From Octopus vulgaris (Eukaryota), in contig OX597824.1 of the NCBI GenBank assembly GCA_951406725.2, forward strand, positions 37,324,001 to 37,388,000: a DNA stretch of 64,000 nucleotides, read 5' to 3'. A program made the translations under genes and the position numbers. The notes below the pieces were generated by a model that ran no database searches, had not been told where the DNA came from, and saw only the letters and a program-made list of their open reading frames with translations. Below are positions 52,183-63,605 of this stretch, piece by piece (positions within the stretch are counted from its first letter, which is position 1; each line of letters begins with the position of its first letter).

Positions 52183-54830
52183 TTGATGAAAAAACCTCAT
52201 TGATTCTAGAATTTAGGATTTTAATTAGAAATAAAATACCTTTTCTTATCTGGTAAGTGTATTTTGTTAGTATTATTATTAGAGCATAATAATTTTATAC
52301 ATTGACATAAATTGACTTATATAGTAGTTAGTGCACTATATAACATACAGATTGTACTACATGTGTGCATGTCTGTACGTATATATTTGTGAGTTCATCA
52401 TCATCATCTTGTTCCATTTAATGTTTATCTTCCGACAGAATATCTGCTTTGGCATGGTTTCTGCAACTGGTTAACCTTCTTAATGTCAACCTCTTTTACA
52501 GGGTATACTGGGTGCTTTTTTTCATGGCATCAGCATCAGGGAGCTTACCAAGTAACTTGCAGGGCAAGATCCCTAAGCTAAGGTGAATGATAGTATTGAG
52601 TGAGGTGGCTTTGTGCTACTTGTGCGTGTGTGCACACACACAATGTCCTGGGTATGACATTAACTCAAGCATTCTGATTCTGTCAAATGTAATGCTTATA
52701 TATTCACAAGACTGGAGCCTGGTGCAGCCTTCTGGCTTCCCAGATCCCCGGTCGAACCGTCCAACCCATGCTAGCATGGAGAACGGATGTTAAACGATGA
52801 TGATGATGATGATGATTATTTTGAATTATTCATGCATTATCTTGCAGCTTTGAAACTTCAGCGATGTGATTGGTTATTTCGAGAATGCCATTATAGTGTA
52901 GGTATAAAAGGCCAGACCTGGCCAATTTGGACATAAAACCAGAAGAATATTTGGGCTGGATATGGCCGGTTTAAATGCTAAATGGTTGAACTACATCCAG
53001 TGGTGAGGCTCCAGTTCTGGAGTTGAGCGGGGCGTGGAGTCACATCTTGATTAACTGTTATTCCCAAGTCCATTCTGAACAGGAATAGTAGTGCTTGCCA
53101 GGGTCTCATTTATAGGTTAACCCGTTAGCATTTAATCCAGCCATTTCTGGCCCAAATATTCTATGTTTTATGTTAAGACTGACCAGATCCAACCCCTCAC
53201 ACCTACCCTACAATGTCAATCTAAAAATATACAAACACACCATTGAAACTTCAAACTGATGAGATAATGCTTGATGATTCCAAAACATTGTGGATAAATA
53301 AATATTACATTTCACAAAGAAATCTGAATTCTAAAGGGTTAAATATAATCCCCAGAAGTAGTAGAGGTTTTGACTTTTTTTTTTTTTTTTAGTAAAGCCC
53401 TGGGGAAACACCTCTCTTAGGGGACAGATTATCTAACATAAAGCTTGCAGACAAAATAACAGCAGTCATCTTGCAATGGTTGTCACTGCCAGCAAGAGAA
53501 TGGCAAAAGTGTTGTGCAAGCTGTTGTCACTTAAATCCAATGACGTACAGATGTCTCTCTTGATTTGGCTATCTGACAAGATGTGGCAACCATTATATAT
53601 ATATATGTCTCTATGTTTATATATATATATATATGTGTGTGTGTATGTAGACATGTCTTCTGATATGTATACATGTGTCTGTGTACATATATATATGTAC
53701 ATCTTGGGAAGGTTATATAAAATGCGTCATGATGTATTCGAACAATTTGAGTTGAAGGAAAAGAACAGTAAATAGAACTACATCCCACTACAAAGACACA
53801 CTTTGCCTGATCCCAGGCAAAATCAAAATCATCAATGCCGCCACTGTAACTTCATAACAAAATCCATATGCGGGCTGAAATTACATTCATGCATCCATTG
53901 CAAATAGAAGTAGTGTTTTTTTTTGTTTCTTTCTCTTTAAGTCCTCTCCTTCACCAACGGGAATAACCATATCTGACATTTGGCATGGTTTTTATGGCTG
54001 GATGCTTTTGGTAACACCAACCATTCTAATGAGTGTACTGGGTGCTTTTTACATGGCTCCGGCAACAGTAAGGTCACCAAGTAACTTGCAAGACAAGACC
54101 CCCTCAGCTGAGTGGAGAGTAGTTTTATAGGGAGTTTTGTGCCAGGTGATGAAAAGATAACATGACAGGAGGACAGAAACAGGCATCTTGCAGTAGAAAC
54201 AATATGTGGCTACCCAGGTGGAAAAGGAGAGAAAGTGATAAAAATGTTAGGATATACTTTCAAATTAAAGGAAGGGTATATATGTGGTACAGATGGGATT
54301 GAGTGGGCAGGTAAGTTCACGAGAGTGCAAAAGGAGAGAAGACAGAGGGGAGGGGAATGCAGTTTGTGGTGAATATGAGTGGATGGGAGGGGTGTTAGGA
54401 AGATAGGTAGTGCCGGGGAGAGGTTTGTCATGGACAAATTGTGTGCAAGACATAGGTATGAACGACATGCCTTTTAGGCTTCAATTTTACTTAGAAGGAA
54501 AGTGTCTTCTCAAGCAGAGCAAATCGTTAATCATCTTTGTTCTTTGTTATCACCTCTGTGGGGCTCAACATCTGAAGCTTATTTTTCAATACTTCTTTCG
54601 ATGTTTTCCTGAGTCTTTATCTTATATACTCAGGTAAATTTTTGGGATGTGTGGTATTTTCTAAACAGAATGTGTGCAGAAAGTTTGTGTGTGTTGTTGT
54701 TGTGAATGCATTAATTTAGGCAATATATGCAACATATGTAAGATTAACAACTGTTTTTAAGAACCTGCTGTGTCTTTAACTAATGTAGTTTTTACTTCTC
54801 TCTTTGTTCATTGAGAAAAGTTACTACTTT

Positions 54831-56327
54831 ACAATTAAGTGTAAATGATTTCTGATAATGTAGGTTCCTGAAGATTGCTCTTAAGATCCAGAAAACAGCC
54901 CAGGTTTTTCGTGGCTGATACCCTCACATCCTTAATCAAGAAAGCCCTACAATCTGGTCAAACCATGCAATTGGGATCAAGTATTTTATTTTGCTCTGCT
55001 GACTCTTTATCTCCCCAAAACTGCTACTGATTAAGGTGGCCTGTCAACAACAACCCTAGCCAGGACTAACATCTTGTCCTTCGGGCTGATGCCTATATCT
55101 AGCATCTGAACATGTTGTACTCAGCCCATTCTCGATCCTGCAGACCTCCAACCCTGACACCAGCTCAAAGTATCTATGTGACTGTTTATGCCAAACTCAT
55201 CGAGGGCCATGTCTCAGTAAGTGTCAGAGTAGTTGCCTTTGACAGCGCTGTCCTCCATCTTAGCAAAGAGGTCTGACTGCCCACTGACTCAAACATCTTG
55301 AGCTACCTGCAGATCTGAAACTCATACCATCACCTGACCTTCAGTTGCTGTGTATGGCCTTGAGAAAGACATTCTTTCTGCTCTGAGGTCTTTAACTGCC
55401 AGTAGCGACAGAGATGTTGGCAGTTTCTGATCCAGTCACCTTACAGTCTTGCTGTCACCACTCACTGCTGAAGCTGAGTGCATTTACAGGACCCTGGACC
55501 CTAATCCTCGAGGCCTCTTCTTTTCAGTTCACTAATTGCTCTCGAGAAGGGCAAGGGCATACTCCCCATTGCTGTGGGCAATGTCTTTCGGAGACTCACA
55601 GCCAAAGTCATCTGCAGCTGTGTTGCATTCAAACCAGGTGAGAAACTCAGCCCAGTACAGCTGGATGTTGGCATAGACAGTAGGTGTGAGGGAGCTGCTC
55701 ATGCCACTAGACTCCGCTCTTAACAAAGCTCTGGCTGCCTTTAACAAGATTATAAAGCATGGCCTAGATGCCACAGGCTTCCCTTTCCATCTCAAGCTAG
55801 TGGGACTAGACCAGCGGGACAATAAAAGGCCAGATGGTATGACATTTTTCCATTCCCTGGCAGTAGACCCCTTATTGAGGATGTCGAAACTACTGCCAGT
55901 GGCAACTTGGTGTTGTCAGCTACTATTGCAGGTGCCACTGTTCATTTGGCTGAGAAAAGCAAACTGTCATGGTATCAGTCACTCTCCCACAGGTTTATGG
56001 CCAAGCCTGTGGCAGTTGAGACCTCTGGCATTCTTGGCCTCTGGACCGCTATTGGGGTCGAAATTGCTACCTGCAAATGAGCCCCACAAGTCAGAGTGGC
56101 TGTTCCAGCCCATCTTCCTCACTTTCCTCCAGGGCATTTTGTCTGCTGATGCCGTGAGAAATGTTTTTATATTGTCAGTGGCTTACTTACCTGATGGAAA
56201 TAGCGGGCAAATCTCCCTCCCTCAAGTTGTAACAGCTACTTTGGGAGAGGAATGCCACATTTAAGAAATAACCAAACAGATAAGCATAGTAATATTTCTA
56301 CACACTAATAAGTACCCCTTAGTTATT
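54831..56327 (+). mobile_element. degenerate, internally deleted CRE-clade-like (restriction-like endonuclease) non-LTR retrotransposon
   Basis: ILPIAVGNVFRRLTAKVI (about 55559), LSPVQLDVG...CEGAAHATR (about 55646) and DNKRPDGMT (about 55818). Boundaries inferred from interruption of the duplicated intron unit. Confidence 0.7.
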
Positions 56328-56366
56328 GTAACTATTTTATGCTGTTATGGTTTAATGAACAAATGT

Positions 56367-56441
56367 TTCTACAATATTGATGATTAAATCTTCCGAATCA
56401 GATGTTTTCTGATGTAAACTTTAATATGAAACATTGTAGCA
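56367..56441 (+). ncRNA. candidate intronic C/D-box snoRNA-like RNA, copy 3 of 3
   Basis: Core identical to copy 2; terminal stem ctacaatatt/aacattgtag. Confidence 0.5.
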
Positions 56442-57404
56442 TTGATGAATAAATTTCATTAATTCTTGGATTTAAGATATTAGAAATAAAATAAATTTTA
56501 TAGAAGGTGATGCTTTCATAACTGGTAAATGTAATTTATTAGTATTTTTGTTTATTAGAGTATAATAATTCCATATATTGGTGCAAAATGTTCTTCACAA
56601 TTGCTGGTGGAACAGATCCAACTTTTGTTCTCATAGAAATATTATTTATCAAATAAACATTAAATTATTTATTTGATGCCATTGCTGTCTGACTTGCTCC
56701 TGTACTAGTGGCATGTGAAAAGCACCATTTGAGTGTGGTCAATTCCAATGCCACCTGACTGGACCCCGTCCTGGTAGCACATAAAAAGCACCCACTACAT
56801 TCTCTGAGTGTTTGGTGTTAAGAAAGGCATCCAGCTGTAGAAACCTTGTCTGATTAGATTGGAGCCTGGTGTAGCTGCCTGGCTTGCCAGTCCTGGGACA
56901 AACCATCCAACCCATGCCAGCATGGAAAGCAGATGTTAAACAATGATGACGATGTCTTTGCTGATTCCACTTCGCCCTTCCTTCTATGGATTTCTCAATG
57001 TGATCAGTTTTTGTAATTTGATTATCTTGTTTTATTGATCTTTAAATGGTCTCCCCATCAACAATGGAACTGGAATTCTTAAATACTAAGTCTTAATTTT
57101 CATTTTAATGGAATTATATCCTAAGAATGAGATTTCTAAAAATTTCTCTAAAATACATCAGTGAGTAATTGTTCATGTTGGTATGTTGATGTCAAACTTG
57201 GAACTTGTTGATTATTCCATAATATTAAGATTACCTTTTTTTCTTTTTTTTCTCGATGATCTATTAACGATAGTGTGTCATTATAACTTTTAGGAAACTC
57301 AGAGTTTAGATATAGTAGAATGTTCAGCTTTTATATTTCTTCTGTCCAGATTATCTGAAATGTCTTTTCACCAGTTGTTTTCCATTTTATTTTATTTTCT
57401 GAAG

Positions 57405-57534
57405 ATAAAACGTACCAAGATTTTGTCGAGAAACTTCAATGTGCTGCTGGAAACCATCAGTGTCGTTATGGAGTTTTTGATATGGAATACAAACATAATG
57501 ATATGTGTAGACAAAAGTTGGCCTTCTTTTTATG
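57405..57534 (+). CDS. ADF/cofilin, coding exon 3
   Basis: Acceptor ttattttctgaag|AT; G+AT gives Asp. Translates (D)KTYQDFVEKLQCAAGNHQCRYGVFDMEYKHNDMCRQKLAFFL+TG, with the CRYxVFD and KxxFxxW ADF motifs. Donor TG|gtaagt. Phases fit exons 2 and 4. Confidence 0.95.
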
Positions 57535-58574
57535 GTAAGTTAAAATTTTTTTTGTCTACAGTTATATATCTGGGATTTATCAAAATGTTTTCCCATAAGT
57601 GCTAATCCCTTATTGTAATTCACCAGGACAATCTAGACACAAGCATGACTGTGTGGGTAGGCAGTTTGCTTCTCAACCACATGGTTTTGGGTTCAGTCCC
57701 ACTGCGTAACACCTTGGACAAGTGTCTTCTGCTACAGTCTTGAGCCAACAGAAGCCCCATAATTGAATTTGGTTGGCAGAAGTTCCCATCATGTGTGTGG
57801 AAATGCTTGTGCCTCCTAACAGGTAGGAGGGAATCTATACTTTCTGTAAAAGAAAGGTAAAGGGTAAAGACCCCCTTTGATCATGAATTACCATGGAATT
57901 GCACCTAGAAAGTTACCCTCCCAGGCACAAGTTCAGGCGAGGTTGTTTATGGAAGACCAACAGATGCCCATGCATACCAGCCTCCTTTCTCCATACCACC
58001 GATGTTATCCAAGGGAAAGGCAAATGCCGATCAAGCTTGGCATTAGTGACGTTGCAACTAATTTCTACAGCTGAGTGAACTGGAGCAACGTGAAATAAAG
58101 TGTCTTGCTCAAGAACACAACAAATCCCAGTCCGGGAATTGAAATCAATACCTCATAATTGTGAGCCAACGCTCTAACCACAGAGTTATGTGCTTTATGT
58201 TCAATGAATTATCATCATATTATTGCTATCTGAACTTCATACTCTTTACACGTTTAACAGCTATATAACACTCCACACAGGTAACAACAACAACAACAAA
58301 CATTTCTTTAACTTCTGCATACATCATCATACACTCTATACTAATGTTAAACACCTTCCCAACTCAAATTAGTATTCCTTAAAGAATAAACTGTATTTTG
58401 ATTGACTTGTGTCTGTTTGTGATTTGGAGGAGAATGTTAAAAATATCTGTTAATCATTTAGTACATTACTGCAGGAATGGTTTCGAAGTTTTAAATTCTA
58501 TTCCACTCTTTGAAGATGTTTTTTATTGCATCTACCTTTAAATTTACCAAGATGCAGGTTTTTATTATTATTGC

Positions 58575-59640
58575 TAGTAAGGTGAGGGTTGGCAACGGGT
58601 ACAGTGAAGAATTCCGGGTAGAGGTTGGGGTCCACCAAGGTTCAGTCCTCAGTCCCCTCCTATTTATCATAGTCCTCCAGGCAATAACAGAGGAATTCAA
58701 GACAGGATGCCCCAGGGAGCTCCTCTATGCTGATGACCTTGCTCTAATTGCTGAGTCACTATCAGAACTGGAGGAGAAGTTTCAGATGTGGAAACAAGGA
58801 TTAGAATCGAAGGGCCTTAGAGTCAACCTAGCTAAAACCAAAGTCCTAATAAGTAGGAAGGCAGGCAAATCACAAATCCCTTCAGGTAGATGGCCCTGCT
58901 CGATCTGTAGAAAAGGCGCAGGTAGAAACTCTATAAGATGTACCCAGTGTAAACTATGGACACATAAGAGGTGTAGCAATGTCAAAGGAAGGCTAACTAG
59001 GAAAATAGTTTTTGTCTGTGGCAGATGCTCAGGAGCAATAAACACTGAAAATGTGCAGAGACCAACTTCTGTCACTTTCCAGGGAGAAAAACTAGAAGTA
59101 GTTGATAGCTTCCATTACCTAGGTGACCAAGTCAGTAGCGGGGGAGGGTGCGCTGAAAGTGTAGCTGCTAGAAAAAGAATAGCCTGGACAAAGTTCAGAG
59201 AGATCTTACCTCTGCTGGTGACAAAGGGCCTCTCACTCAGAGTAAAAGGTAGACTGTATGATGCATGTGTGCGAACAGCCATGCTACATGGCAGTGAAAC
59301 ATAGGCCATGACTGCTGAGGTCATGCATAAGCTCGCAAGGACTGAAGCCAGTATGATCCGATGGATGTGTAACGTCAGTGTGCATACTCGACAGAGTGTA
59401 AGTACCTTGAGAGAAAAGTTGGACCCAAGAAGGATCAGGATAGCTGTGTGAAAAAGTGTCACACCTTAGCAGTTGAGGGAACCTGTGGAAGAGATAGACC
59501 CGGGAAGACCTGGGATGAAGTTGTGAAGCACGACCTTTGAACATTAGGCCTCACCGAGGCAATGACTAGTGACCGAGACTTTTGGAAATATGCTGTGCTT
59601 GAGAAGATCCAGCAAGCCAAATGATACCATAATCTTGTGG
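58575..59640 (+). mobile_element. RTE-clade LINE, 3' half, relatively young
   Basis: 264-aa ORF with GVHQGSVLSPLLF, LLYADDLAL, a Cys-rich insert (CSIC..C.QC..W.H..C..C.RC), FHYLGD and MLHGSET. Confidence 0.93.
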
Positions 59641-59673
59641 CCTATGCCAAGGGTGTAACCAGCCCACTTTTAC

Positions 59674-60405
59674 CTGACAGCGTCCCTGTACATGACCTGC
59701 ACAGCTCTCACTAGCCATTCATCTATCCCTAGTTTCCTTATTGACCACCAGATAAGGCTTTCTCCATGTCAAGAAAAGCCAGGTACAGAGGTTTATCTTT
59801 GACCAGGTATTTCACCTGCAGCTGTCTTACCAGTAATATAGCATCAGTGGTGCTTTTCCCTGGCATGAACCCAAACTGTATCTCATCTAAACTGACTCTC
59901 TCCCTAATTAGTTGGGCTCATGCTAGCATGGAAAACGGACGCTAAATGATGATGAAATGATGATGATGACCCTCTCCGTGACCTTCATTACCTGATCTAA
60001 CAACTTGATACCTCTGTAATTATTTGTGTCTAAAGCGTCACCTTTTTTCCTATGTAGCAGTTGACTATACTGCTGCTTACACCAGTCATTGGGTATGACT
60101 CCTTCGTGTATCACCTGGTTAACTATACGGGTGACTAGGCTATAGCCGACACTGTCAGATATTTTGAGCATCTCTGCAGTGATTCCTGATGGGCCAGGGG
60201 CTTTCCCCGTCTTCATACTCTTAATTGCTTTATCTACCAAGGTACTGTCAACTCAGATAGCAGGTCCCTCTGTTGGGTCGAAATTCGGCAGACTCTCTTT
60301 CTCCCATTCATTTTCTTTATTCAGCAACCTCTCATAGTGGCATCTCCAAACTTCTCTCTTTGCAGCCTCATCTAGTGCAAGTGAACCATCATCCATCTGT
60401 ATGTT
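59674..60405 (-). mobile_element. RTE-clade LINE, upstream RT portion, inverted relative to the adjacent 3' half
   Basis: KAIKSMKTGKAPGPSGITAEMLK..YRGIKLL..QFGFMPGKSTTDA..RAVQVMYRDAV; short SINE tail inserted at about 59919-59968. Confidence 0.9.
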
Positions 60406-63400
60406 TAATAATGAGAATTTTCTTTTGGGTGTTTGGACTCTTCTTGGAAAGGACTGTGACCTAATGTCTCTTCAATGGAATTTGAAATGTTTTGAGATGG
60501 AACTTATGGGGTTCTAAGTTGCATGACAGAGGATGTAAATTATTTAGTTGCGAAAGAGAGAAAACTTGAGTGACAACCTGAAGGAGGAGATGCTATCCTA
60601 GGAGGGAATAACACGAATCCTCACAATAAAGACTGAAGTGTGGGGAAGAAGATCCAAAAAAAAGTTGGGGGAACCATATCAGGAGAAAAGCCGTAAAAGG
60701 TATTTTATCTGTTGCGCTCATAGACACTGTGAGGACATATCATTGTTTCTGAGAAATGTGTTAACGATTCTTCTGAAAGTGTTGCAGTATATTTAGTCTG
60801 TCAAGAATATACTATGGCAAGCTAGTTGGATACTTTCTTGTTAAAAATTACCCAAGAACCTTCTGCTTTTGCTGTTTCTTTTTTCGATAAGAGATTTTAA
60901 AATGACCCATTTTTCTTTGTTAGTTCTAAAGTAGTTTGTTCTAAAACATTTCCAAGAAAACACTATTCTTATTTCTTTACAAATACATTACTGTCTTTCA
61001 CTTTGGAATAACAATCTGCCAAATGCAGCCAAAATATTGTGATTTTTCTTTCAATAAATTTAGGATAGTTGTATGGGTTGTGAAAGTCAGGTTGAATTAC
61101 TTCCCTTCGTTCACAAATCTCAGATCAAAACTGAAGGCAGTTTAATTTCAATGGTTGGTGAAATTGTAATTTTGTTTTTTCTTATTTTACAGATTTATTT
61201 GTTTTATAAAATGGTTATCATAACATCTGTTAGCTTTTCTAACTCCATAACAGATTTTAAAAATAATCTGGAATTTTATATTTATTCAATTTTTTAACTT
61301 TGAAAACTTATTCTTGTAGTTTATCATTACTCGATTGTATATTACAGATTTTTATTTATAATTTCTGTTTTCATTATCATCATCATCATTGAACATCCAT
61401 TAAATGGGTTGGCTGGTTTGACAGGAATTGGCAAGCTGGATACCATTCCTAATGCCAACAACTTCTGGCTGCTTTTTTTATGTAACACCAGCACTGGGAC
61501 TGACCCTAAATATATTTTATTTGACAGGGTAACGAACAAGGTTATGGAACGAATGAAATTCATTATCAAAGAGTTCATCATCATTGATGATATATATATA
61601 TTTACATGAACACACACATACATGTGCATGCACCAAGTTTCATCATCTCTGAGCTTCAGTCTATCTTAGATACTAGGACCAAAGCAGAAACCATGTGGTT
61701 GGGAAGCAAACTTCTTAACTATGTAACCATGCCAGTGTGCTTATAGATAGATAAGCAGGCAGGTAGCTAGGTAGGTACGTAGGTGATGAGAAAGATTGAG
61801 TAGTAAGGGTGCAGAAGTGAGTTGCTTAGGGGATGTGTATGTGTGAAGTAATTTTCTGTATTCGTACCCGTTCTATTTTCAGATTTACATTGTCATTTAT
61901 GTGTAGCTGATATAAAAACAGTATTTCCTATCAGATGTAAATATAGACTAATTACACTGCTTTTTGTTCTTTAGTCTTTATTGAATTTTAACCATGTATG
62001 GAAAATCTTCCTGATAAAATCTCTAAAGTAACAATGTGTATATGTCAAGGAAAACTGCAGTGACATAAACACACAAAGTTACCATTATCAAAAGTTTTTC
62101 AAATTTGTTTTCCCATTCTATAAAATGTCAAAAGTGTAAAATATTTCTATTCATCTTGATTGTGTATCATTTCATAAACGACGGTCAAAGGCAACATTTT
62201 TTTTTCAACTGGAGTTGCTGCTGTACTATTTACACCCTGACATAAATAGCATTTTACTATTGAATTCATATTGATTGCTGTGCTGGAGGAGATAACATCA
62301 AGTAAACTGTCTTTAGATCTTAACAATATTAAATTAATAGTTCTAATAGAAATATGCAGCACACTAGGAAGTTTAAATTTTTAAAGAGAAAACTTAATAT
62401 AGTTTACACTCTCGGTGTGGTTGGCGTTAGGAAGGGCATCCAGCTGTAGAAACACTGCCAGATCTGACTGGCCTGGTGCAGCCTTCGGGCTCCCCAGACC
62501 CCAGTTAAACCGTCCAACCCATGCTAGCATGGAAAGCGGACGTTAAACGATGATGATGATGATGAAAACTTAATATAGTTGGTGTTTGGGACTTGTAGTT
62601 GCTGGAATAAAGTTTAGCCCCTTATTTCCACGTTGAAAGCACATTTAAGTCCAAATCTTAAAGTAACAGGGACATTTTTTTTTTTCCTTTTAACCTGTGT
62701 CAGCAAAGAAAAAAGTATTATTGATCTCTTGAGACTAAAGTATTTCTTGTAAATCTATTTGGTAAAGTAGGAAAGACAGAAATTCAGAATGGATATTAGT
62801 TGTAAGCACTGGTCTTATAAGCTCCTGAACATTTCACACTCTTTATACTGAATTCCTGGGCCAAATTTCCCTCCCTAAACTCCAGCATTCCCCACCTCCC
62901 ACCTAAGAAGAACTGGGCATTTATTGAGTTTTACTAAACGTCACCCAATTTCATGATTCTGTCTGCACTATTATACATGTTCTGATCATTATCTCTCACT
63001 TCACAATCATTTTCACATAGAGAATCACTGATTTCCACCATAGTTATCACCTGTTTGTTCTCCTCTCCAGAACTTAATATTTCAGCTGTTTGCTGATCAG
63101 TTAATAGCTTTCTCTAGGCCATTCCTGGTGATTTAGATTCACAAAAATCTGTCTATTCATGCAAATACACAGAAATATTTCTCATGTTACATGTAGCCTG
63201 TGATTGGCCAGAAGTCGCTGAGTAATTTATGTATAAATTCGGCTACTTAGAGCAACAATCAATAGTTCAGCCTCTATTATTCAAAAGGTTAATCACAGTT
63301 CTATGTTGTGCTACAAACTACTAATGGTACATTTTTTTCCAAATTTTAATAAAGACCCTGGCGGTTAATCTTTTGTGCTATTTGGCTTCTTTTAAACGTA

Positions 63401-63442
63401 AACTTTTGTTTTTCTTTTTTTTTCTTTTCCTTTTTTTTTTAG

Positions 63443-63605
63443 GAGTCCAGAGTGTGCTACAATAAAACAGAAAATGATATATACAAGCAGTAAGGCTTGT
63501 CTCAAGTCAAAACTTCAGGGAGTTGGTGTTGAAATTCAAGCAACAGATGATTCTGAATTGGAACAGACAGTTGTTTTAGAGAAGTGTCGTGACAAATCAC
63601 AATGA
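63443..63605 (+). CDS. ADF/cofilin, last coding exon
   Basis: Long poly-T tract then ag|G; TG+G gives Trp. Translates (W)SPECATIKQKMIYTSSKACLKSKLQGVGVEIQATDDSELEQTVVLEKCRDKSQ*, with the WSPxxAxxKxKMxYxSSK and EIQATD motifs. Stop TGA at 63603-63605. Confidence 0.95.

Noticed and set aside
54868-54900. Hammerhead-like CTGAAGA...GAAA at the CRE-like element 5' end
   Set aside because: No stem II pairing, and no NUH triplet with a stem I could be formed.
57360-57605. 81-aa ORF overlapping exon 3
   Set aside because: Wrong frame; the cofilin exon is in another frame bounded by splice sites.
63192-63320. Possible H/ACA snoRNA near the end of intron 3 (gtagcc/ggctac stem, AGAGCA, later ACA)
   Set aside because: I could not fold two convincing hairpins with pseudouridylation pockets, and it is single copy with no conservation evidence.
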